Source: an uncultured Candidatus Saccharibacteria bacterium (GTDB lineage Bacteria > Patescibacteriota > Minisyncoccia > Phycocordibacterales > UBA9973). From it: DNA of 64,000 bases. The position numbers and the translations under genes are program-made. Location: positions 4,809 to 68,808 of the forward strand of contig CAYHBR010000003.1 of NCBI GenBank assembly GCA_964354985.1. Direction: 5' to 3'. Below, in pieces: positions 57,901 through 64,000 of the stretch; positions within the stretch are counted from its first letter, which is position 1; the number at the start of each line of letters is the position of its first letter. The notes beneath the pieces were generated by a model that did no database searches, was not told where the DNA came from, and saw nothing but the letters and a program-made list of their open reading frames with translations.

Positions 57901-58348
57901 CCGAACAGTGAAAATCGACGGGAAAGATACTCTTGTGAACACACATAGTACAAATGTTTCAAGTATGTTTGATGGAAAAGTAAATAGACAATATAGTCGA
58001 CTTATTGGTGATACATTTGGTGAACGCAACGCGATGACGGGTGATGTCGAAGTCAATCGAGAAATAAATAACATGCTTCGTTCAAACATAGCCGAAGATG
58101 ATATTCATTCTAAAGCAGGTGAAAATGCCAGCGAGAATGCGAAAAATTATTACAATATTATCCAAAGTGTCCACGAAAAATCCGGACTTGAACCAAGAGA
58201 AGGCGAGCCAACAAGTCTTTACATCAGAGAAGCGCTCCAGAAAATGAAAGATGACGGCGTAAATATCAGAAAGTTTATTTCAAATATTCTCGACCATGAT
58301 TCCGTAAAACATATCAACAAGAATGTTGTCGACGATGTCTATAGATAG
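54935..58348 (+). CDS. Large hypothetical protein (1137 aa) with glycine-rich membrane segments and heptapeptide repeats
   Basis: Long ORF; coiled N-terminus, GxxxG segments, LysM-like IKKGEGIE motif. Confidence 0.85.
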   Translation: MNENKPLKNEYGNNDNEKINEELRNLESEINNDKKDIEDLKAKKEEILSKKPIDPMNISDDDIERISKKIANEAHAKFTNTEKKDDGISVGKETIAIPKGRIQELVDNGMKKSEAIEEAKKEILEKLDSSANNQNETNNIKQEKVKQADKKENVVEAPKLKLEGETFIINGQAVTVESTQGNGKFMVRSISTGKIEQVDSKEIENSAKERDIGLKEKFKNRFGFSEKEILELDQNPEYQKLSFGQKRFVLDSLTTSTIEKIEEVSDKNYKQKTASKGFFGRFVNNMFRETKMSGVRKRVYDEIKNGGYENQKESINAIIARADAMGVPMIENEKGELEVQYAEQITGMLKNNPKSLWAQRAFNQAATDLHNIPPEWESETATRGQRAEAKVRKDIYDARRQACFSFNKDGGEIASEEMLEQSSLVDCKVNLNRLMNSNPGNEKMLNQLNRYSSGGILKNIAKDLIFKENRLTNMGIGMGIRGITKYFEVAGLASAGIVSGAVGGIKGYDKARNMVRDDENKLRRGAETDSKGRASEMLKLEERSKGAKHNSYIDKINGIIKKIETADEKGDEESAVFYKTMLKNRVDYALDRASKGKVTFGDSSVRLGNQAAFTSAINMGASYSLAADPKIMEKYQERMTGLIENDLSKDAGKRAEQKKFVRNFTIRNAALGVAFGMVGYAARDVINALREAGGVEHIAEAIKNTGTVPATEIPNTTIPPHEPFTIKHEIPGDAYIKKGEGIENALRRQIEHNPDMAKKLGWDGKTPLHKFSGGAAHRLATEEGYVDPKTGSETRVRFTGDKDSFYEIKKQADGSYDIEEGNGSTYADSDTNEYIYKNGVKTGVIEQQSLTGTEVETNDGNIEANDAVSETNDGTVETNDGNIETNDGNVETKISPEAESHASSVAKVQYGKSLNNSEHVGDGTRHRNYLTPQKSDNSQWENYVANKKNHGSNYLTPQGQNAYYQQGNSENFIQNDKFGFPRSHNGEYFRTVKIDGKDTLVNTHSTNVSSMFDGKVNRQYSRLIGDTFGERNAMTGDVEVNREINNMLRSNIAEDDIHSKAGENASENAKNYYNIIQSVHEKSGLEPREGEPTSLYIREALQKMKDDGVNIRKFISNILDHDSVKHINKNVVDDVYR
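57497..57610 (+). repeat. Five 21-bp coding tandem repeats ((V/I)ETNDGN)
   Basis: VETNDGN IEANDAV SETNDGT VETNDGN IETNDGN VET. Confidence 0.85.
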
Positions 58349-58377
58349 TAAGCCTGCTGATAGTGTATAGTATCTCC

Positions 58378-60366
58378 ATGCGAGATATATTTGAAGGACT
58401 AAATGACAAACAAAAAGAAGCGGCAAGTCACATTGACGGGCCGCTTTTGATTATTGCGGGGGCAGGTGCAGGAAAAACAAAAACGATAGTTCATCGTATT
58501 TTAAATATTATTGAGAAGGGGACAGCGCCAAACAACATCCTAGCGGTAACTTTTACCAACAAATCCGCACGCGAAATGCGCGACCGAGTACGCACAGAGA
58601 TACCAAGAGAGATGCCGATGCCTATTATGGCGACATTTCATTCTCTCGGAGCTATGATAATGCGTGAACACGGGGATGTTCTTGGTTTTTCAAAACACTT
58701 TAGCATTCTTGATCCAGATGATGGACTTACTATTATTAAAAATATTCTAAAAGATTTGGGGTATGACCCGAAAGATCACGACCCACGAGGACTGCGAGAG
58801 AAGATCTCACGCGCAAAAAACGAATGTCGAACAATCGAGGAATACAGCAGTGTTGCGAGGACTCCGATGGATAAACTGGCTTCACAAGTTTGGGGTTTTT
58901 ATCAGGCTGAACTTAAAAGACAAAACAGTGTCGACTTTGACGACTTGCTTTTGTTTCCGCTTGTAATTTTCGAAAAGCGACCAGAGATTTTGGAGTCTTA
59001 TCAAAATCGTTATCAATATATACACATAGATGAGTATCAGGATACAAACGAAGTTCAATATCGTCTGGCAAACCTTTTGGCAGCCAAGCATCAGCGTTTG
59101 TGTATCGTCGGAGATGCTGACCAAACTATTTACACCTGGCGTGGTGCACAGATAGAAAACATTTTGCGTTTTGAAGTAGACTACCCAATAGCCAAAGTGG
59201 TTTTGCTTGAGGAAAATTATCGCTCGACTAAAACTATTCTCGAGGCAGCAAATGAAATAATAAAGAAAAATGAAAACAGAAAAGAAAAAAATCTTTTTAC
59301 TCAACTTGAAAAAGGCGAGCCGATAACAACATTTGAGGGTTACGATGAGCGCAACGAAGCAAACTTTATTGCCGAAAGAGCAGGCGAAGCAATCTATGCT
59401 GGAATTCCCGGAAAAGAAATCGCCGTTCTTTATCGAACCAACTTTCAATCACGAATACTGGAGGAAGCAATGCTCTCGCACAATGTTCCTTATACTGTTC
59501 TTGGTGTTCGTTTTTTTGAAAGACGAGAAGTGCGAGATTTGCTGGCATATTTGAGAGCAGCGCTCAATCCAAAAAGTCAGGAGGACATAAAAAGGAGTAT
59601 CAACATACCTGCACGCGGTATCGGAAAAGTTACTCTTGCAAAAATGTTTGGGAATCTTTCTTTTGATTCAGAAAGAGAAAATTCAGAAATGGATGAAAAC
59701 ACAAACAACTCAAATCATATTAGTATTCCTGCAAAAACCCAGGCAAAAATAGATGAGTATTTTAAAATCATTAAAGAAATCGGTGAATTTGCCAAAATAA
59801 ATAAAGTTTCTGAAACTATCAAATTTGCACTCACTACTTCGGGTATTGAAAAAATGCTTAAAGAAAGTAGTGCTGACGATGTCGAGCGACTGATGAACCT
59901 CGAAGAACTCGTAACCCTTGGTATTCGCTATGACCATTTTTCGCCAGAAGAAGGCATTGAACAATTCCTAGCCGAGGCATCGCTCGCAAGCGACCAAGAT
60001 GAAAGCGACCGTGACAAAGCTGAAGGAGTAAGACTTATGACAGTACATTCGGCCAAGGGACTAGAATTTGATACGGTTTTTGTGACTGGACTTGAAGATG
60101 GACTTTTCCCACTTCGTCGCGACGGACAAAGACTTGGCAAAGAAGATGGCGAAGAGGAGCGCCGACTTATGTATGTGGCAGTTACTCGTGCCAAGAAAAA
60201 GCTGTATTTGTCACACTCTATGTTTAGAACAATATATGGAAGCAAGGAGGTTCGTAGTTCTTCGGAATATTTATACGACATACCGGAGCCACTACTAGAC
60301 AAAACCAATGGTGGCGGTGGAACTGAGCCAAATTATCGGGAAAAAACAATTTATTTTGATCTATAG
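58378..60366 (+). CDS. pcrA: UvrD/PcrA ATP-dependent DNA helicase
   Basis: AGAGAGKT, DEYQD, NYRS, TVHSAKGLEF, EERRL.YVA.TRA; start MRDI (58378). Confidence 0.96.
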   Translation: MRDIFEGLNDKQKEAASHIDGPLLIIAGAGAGKTKTIVHRILNIIEKGTAPNNILAVTFTNKSAREMRDRVRTEIPREMPMPIMATFHSLGAMIMREHGDVLGFSKHFSILDPDDGLTIIKNILKDLGYDPKDHDPRGLREKISRAKNECRTIEEYSSVARTPMDKLASQVWGFYQAELKRQNSVDFDDLLLFPLVIFEKRPEILESYQNRYQYIHIDEYQDTNEVQYRLANLLAAKHQRLCIVGDADQTIYTWRGAQIENILRFEVDYPIAKVVLLEENYRSTKTILEAANEIIKKNENRKEKNLFTQLEKGEPITTFEGYDERNEANFIAERAGEAIYAGIPGKEIAVLYRTNFQSRILEEAMLSHNVPYTVLGVRFFERREVRDLLAYLRAALNPKSQEDIKRSINIPARGIGKVTLAKMFGNLSFDSERENSEMDENTNNSNHISIPAKTQAKIDEYFKIIKEIGEFAKINKVSETIKFALTTSGIEKMLKESSADDVERLMNLEELVTLGIRYDHFSPEEGIEQFLAEASLASDQDESDRDKAEGVRLMTVHSAKGLEFDTVFVTGLEDGLFPLRRDGQRLGKEDGEEERRLMYVAVTRAKKKLYLSHSMFRTIYGSKEVRSSSEYLYDIPEPLLDKTNGGGGTEPNYREKTIYFDL

Positions 60367-60442
60367 TTGATACGGAAGGTAAAAAATATCACTAGCAATA
60401 AATATATTTATCTGAAATAATGCTATATTTGTAAGATAATAT

Positions 60443-61381
60443 ATGAGCAAATTTGCAAAAAGACCACATTCTGGAAGGAAAGACAAAAGAGCTGGTGTTT
60501 ATAGAAAAGAAGACCTGCGGAGTGAGAGAGTTTTTTTAGCCGGAAAATCCCCATTCCTAGCCAAAAAGTCCCTCGGTCAGCATTTTTTAAACTCAAAGTC
60601 GGCTTTAGATAAGATAATCTCCGCTGGGGAAGTCTCTGCGGACGATATTGTCATCGAAATTGGCCCAGGAAAAGGGGCTTTGACAGAGGAATTGCTTAAA
60701 TATGCTGGGAAAGTAGTGGCTATAGAGAAGGACGGCGAGCTCGTAGCCGAACTGACTCAGAAATTCTCACACGCGATAGACGGTTTTCGGCTCGAGCTCG
60801 CCGAGGGAGACATCTTAGGCTGGGACATAGAAAAGACCGTATTCAAGAAAAAAGCCTTAAAGTATAAGGTTATTGCTAATATTCCATACTATATTACCAA
60901 TGCCATAATCAGGCTTTTCCTCGAGAGCGACACCCAGCCAGAGCGAATGGTTATTTTGATCCAAAAAGAAGTCGCCGAAAGGATAATTGCTAAAAACACA
61001 GCAGTAACTGGTAGTAAAAGTGGAACCGAAGGCAAGGAAAGCCTCCTTTCCATTGCCGCAAAAGCTTATGGTACGCCTAAAATCATAGCGAAAGTGTCAG
61101 CAGGATCTTTTACCCCTCCACCAAAGGTTGATTCGGCAATACTACTGATAAAAGACATTTCCAAGAAAAACTTCACTGGAATCGACGAAAAAACTTTTTT
61201 CAAGATTGTTCGCGCCGGCTTTGCCCACAAAAGAAAAAAACTCTCTGGAAACCTAACACTCCTCTATAATAAAGATAAAATTAATGCTGTTTTTACCAAA
61301 CTTAAAATGTCTCTCGATACGCGCGCCGAAGATATAAACATAAACGACTGGAAAAAACTTGCAAAAGAACTCACAAAGTAG
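60443..61381 (+). CDS. rsmA: 16S rRNA m6,2A dimethyltransferase KsgA
   Basis: KKSLGQHFL, EIGPGKG, ANIPYYIT, QKEVAER, PPPKVDS. Confidence 0.97.
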   Translation: MSKFAKRPHSGRKDKRAGVYRKEDLRSERVFLAGKSPFLAKKSLGQHFLNSKSALDKIISAGEVSADDIVIEIGPGKGALTEELLKYAGKVVAIEKDGELVAELTQKFSHAIDGFRLELAEGDILGWDIEKTVFKKKALKYKVIANIPYYITNAIIRLFLESDTQPERMVILIQKEVAERIIAKNTAVTGSKSGTEGKESLLSIAAKAYGTPKIIAKVSAGSFTPPPKVDSAILLIKDISKKNFTGIDEKTFFKIVRAGFAHKRKKLSGNLTLLYNKDKINAVFTKLKMSLDTRAEDININDWKKLAKELTK

Positions 61382-61396
61382 GTTATAATATATAGC

Positions 61397-61732
61397 ATGA
61401 AATATTTCTTTATTGTCGTCGCAATTCTTGTCGGTTTTTCTGTAGCTACCAACAAATCCTCTGCATTTTCATTTTCTCCTCAATTACCATTCTTTGGAAA
61501 AGTAATATCGACAGTTTTACCTGGTGCAGTCTGTGCTCCAAATCCGCAAGTTGTTTTTTTGCTCAACCCTATTCCTTACTATGTTGCAAACCCTCTCACA
61601 ACAAAAAAACCAATACCCGGAGGATGGATACTTGGCCTGTATGACGTAGTGCCAAATATAAAATCCTGTTTTGAAGCAGGAGAGATTCCTTATCCAGTCA
61701 GAAACATTACTATATACGGTGTTTCAAAATAA
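61397..61732 (+). CDS. Small secreted protein with Cys pair
   Basis: Signal peptide; PFFGKV...C...GGWILGLY...C. Confidence 0.7.
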   Translation: MKYFFIVVAILVGFSVATNKSSAFSFSPQLPFFGKVISTVLPGAVCAPNPQVVFLLNPIPYYVANPLTTKKPIPGGWILGLYDVVPNIKSCFEAGEIPYPVRNITIYGVSK

Positions 61733-61751
61733 TTTAAATTTAGCAAAAAAA

Positions 61752-62657
61752 ATGATTGATAAAAAATATTTACCGAGTAAGAAATTTACAAAAATCGCAG
61801 TCACATCCGTTGCGACATTGGTAATTGTTTATTTTATTTTTTTATACTCAAAAACATATATAACATTAAAAAATCCTGAGATAACAACAATAAGTGTTCC
61901 AGTACAGGAATTGCTTGAGAAGGACACCGACGGCGACGGTGTCCGGGATTGGGAAGAAATCCTTTGGGGGACAGACATAAATTTACCTGCCACATTTAAT
62001 ACACCGGACAAAACCTACGTCGACAATAAAAAGAAAGAGATCGCGAGCAACAATAAGACTGAAACTGATTCTGTGGAGAAATTAAACGACACTGAAAAAA
62101 TAGCCCGTGAATTTTTAGCTACTGTTCTTACTCTTAAAGAATCTGGTAATTTAAACACTTCGAATATTACCAACTTAGCAAAAAAATTTAGTGGTGACAT
62201 CGGCAATCAAGCAAGCCTGTTAGAAAAATATGTTATGGCAGACATAAAACAAGGACCTGACACTGCAGTCGCAAAAAAAACATATTACGACAAACTAACA
62301 AAGGCTATGGCTACTGCCAAAAGCAATGGAATGGGTGATGAATTACAGACCATTGCCTCTTTTTTTTCAAACGACAACCAAAACAATGCTTCTCTTATAA
62401 AAATCGCTTCCACTTATAGTACTCTCACAAAAACTCTTTCGACAATGCAAGTTCCTGCCAGTGCTGTCGAACTACACCTTGCACTTTTAAATGAGAGTGA
62501 AAACATGTCTATGATTTTCAAAAACATCACAGAAATAAATGACAACTCAATAGTGGGACTTATCGCTATTTCACAATTTGAGATAAATGAGCCAAAACTT
62601 GAAAAAACAATAGCGAGCTTTATTACTTACTTTAAAAGCAATGGTATAATCAGATAA
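61752..62657 (+). CDS. Membrane-anchored protein with DTDGDG calcium-binding-like motif
   Basis: YLPSKKF, TM, DTDGDGVRDWEEILWGTD; start re-called to 61752. Confidence 0.8.
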   Translation: MIDKKYLPSKKFTKIAVTSVATLVIVYFIFLYSKTYITLKNPEITTISVPVQELLEKDTDGDGVRDWEEILWGTDINLPATFNTPDKTYVDNKKKEIASNNKTETDSVEKLNDTEKIAREFLATVLTLKESGNLNTSNITNLAKKFSGDIGNQASLLEKYVMADIKQGPDTAVAKKTYYDKLTKAMATAKSNGMGDELQTIASFFSNDNQNNASLIKIASTYSTLTKTLSTMQVPASAVELHLALLNESENMSMIFKNITEINDNSIVGLIAISQFEINEPKLEKTIASFITYFKSNGIIR

Positions 62658-62661
62658 CTAT

Positions 62662-64000
62662 ATGCAAAACATTTTTAAAAAAAGTCTTATTGCTCTCTTT
62701 TGTTTAAATTTCGCACTCTCGCCACTTTTTTTTAATGTAAAAAAAGCTGATGCTCAGTTGGGTGACATTGCTGTTACTGCTATTGGTTGCTCTGGTTTGA
62801 TGGATAAAGTAACGAGCGCGATTTCCAATTTGGTTGGTGGTTTGACTGGGGTAGCTAGTGCTGTTCCTGTTTTAGATAATCCAGCAAATAAAAAGGAAGG
62901 TTGTCTCGATGCCATCGCTTACACTGCAGCAAAAATAGTGCTTGCCAAACTAACAAAATCAACTCTCAACTGGATAAATTCCGGCTTTGCTGGTTCTCCA
63001 ACTTTTGTCCAAGACCCCGGCTCTTTTTTTGAAAGTATAGCAAACGAGCAAGTAAACAGTTTCACCGCAAAAATAGCCTTCAACCCAGAGCAGTATCCGT
63101 TTGGAAGGTTTACCGCGCAAAATGTTATAAAAGGAATACAAGGACAACTCGACAACAACGCCAAAATCAGCTCCGGTTTTGTTTTAAAAGACGAAGCTGA
63201 TCCAAATAAACCCTACGAGGCACGCTTCGAGGCTTTCACAAACGACTTTCTTTACGCAGGTGGCTGGGATGGATATTTAGCTGTTACAGAGATAACTCAA
63301 GCCAACCCGTTTGATTCTTATATCAGTGCCGTAAATCATACTGGGCCAGTTGTAAGTGCGGCCATTAGCCAAAAAAATCCTGTTACGGCAATTGTTGGCG
63401 AACTCCAACAAGCTAGTGGTTTCCTTTCTTTGAAAAAATGTGGCAAACCTATTTGGTATGAAGACCCTAGTCGAGATACATCCTTCACCTTGGCACAGGC
63501 AGAAGCACAGGCAAAAAATGACCCAGCAGATGCAGATACACAAGAAGCAAAAGATTGGCTCTACTATCACAAGTGCGAAAAATGGGAAACCCAAACACCT
63601 GGAACTGCTATTGCCGAACAAATGAATATTTCCCTTGGTGACACAAAGCGCCAACTCGAGCTTGCAGATGAACTAAATGAAAGTATCAGTGCTATTTTCG
63701 ACGCACTTATGTCACAACTATTTAGTAAAGGAGTTAAAGCACTTTCGGGAGCTGACGACACAGGCTCAAATGTTAGCTCACTTGGGGGTTTTGGTTCAAA
63801 TACAGGAAGTTCGACAATTGGTTCAACCTCTACTACAGGATCTACGGCAGAATTTGACCAATGGTACAACCAAAATCAAACTTTTGACCTCAAAGAAGCG
63901 ATAGCTCCAGGAGGAGTATTAGATGACCCAGACTGCCAAATTCATTTTAGTAGCTCAACAGGAATAATATCGAACCCGGACGCTGTAAATGACCCTGCCT
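62662..64000 (+). CDS. Secreted/membrane hypothetical protein (runs off window end)
   Basis: Manual translation MQNIFKKSLIALF...KEGCLDAIAYTAAK...STLNWINSGFAGSPTFVQDP...GGWDGYL...QTPG; no in-frame stop noticed. Confidence 0.8.
   Translation, partial: MQNIFKKSLIALFCLNFALSPLFFNVKKADAQLGDIAVTAIGCSGLMDKVTSAISNLVGGLTGVASAVPVLDNPANKKEGCLDAIAYTAAKIVLAKLTKSTLNWINSGFAGSPTFVQDPGSFFESIANEQVNSFTAKIAFNPEQYPFGRFTAQNVIKGIQGQLDNNAKISSGFVLKDEADPNKPYEARFEAFTNDFLYAGGWDGYLAVTEITQANPFDSYISAVNHTGPVVSAAISQKNPVTAIVGELQQASGFLSLKKCGKPIWYEDPSRDTSFTLAQAEAQAKNDPADADTQEAKDWLYYHKCEKWETQTPGTAIAEQMNISLGDTKRQLELADELNESISAIFDALMSQLFSKGVKALSGADDTGSNVSSLGGFGSNTGSSTIGSTSTTGSTAEFDQWYNQNQTFDLKEAIAPGGVLDDPDCQIHFSSSTGIISNPDAVNDPA

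Noticed and set aside
1-64000. CRISPR array, rRNA genes, IS transposases, introns/inteins
   Set aside because: No regularly spaced repeats or matching signatures were seen
1-64000. Alternative genetic code (TGA=Gly, code 25)
   Set aside because: Conserved genes are full length under code 11 and TGA ends several ORFs

Overview
Patescibacteria/CPR-type (Parcubacteria-like) chromosome segment. It uses standard code 11 (TGA is a stop) and shows no recognisable Shine-Dalgarno sequences. Bases 1-17.4 kb hold the str/S10/spc ribosomal cluster on the minus strand (rpsL-rpsG-fusA-tuf-rpsJ...rpsE). The cluster is split by four insertions, each followed by a fresh sigma70 promoter: an orphan gene, an SDR plus a membrane protein, dgkA, and an oppositely oriented ECF sigma factor. 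rpmC (L29) is missing from its usual position. The rest of the window contains a ComEC-type MBL nuclease, pgk/tpiA, a five-gene surface-protein cluster, nusA, a K+-independent membrane PPase, a deletion-inactivated toxin-antitoxin pair, tig, clpP, rny, HU, three CCA-less tRNAs beside the CCA-adding enzyme, a DnaA-box cluster, yraN, xth, a Xer recombinase, rpsO-NYN-pnp, Bro-N/ORF6N genes, DksA/TraR, comM, a LysM-M23 peptidase, a 1137-aa orphan, pcrA, rsmA and a CPR-type membrane/secreted cluster. The most notable signals are: (1) pervasive leaderless gene architecture, with the -10 box 6-8 nt before ATG; (2) stand-alone orphan cassettes that look like catalytically dead versions of known folds (aspartokinase, receiver domain, DUF559-like nuclease); (3) several structured leaders (nusA, fusA, hup, rny, pnp, LysM-M23). 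All protein calls come from motif recognition by eye; no searches were run.
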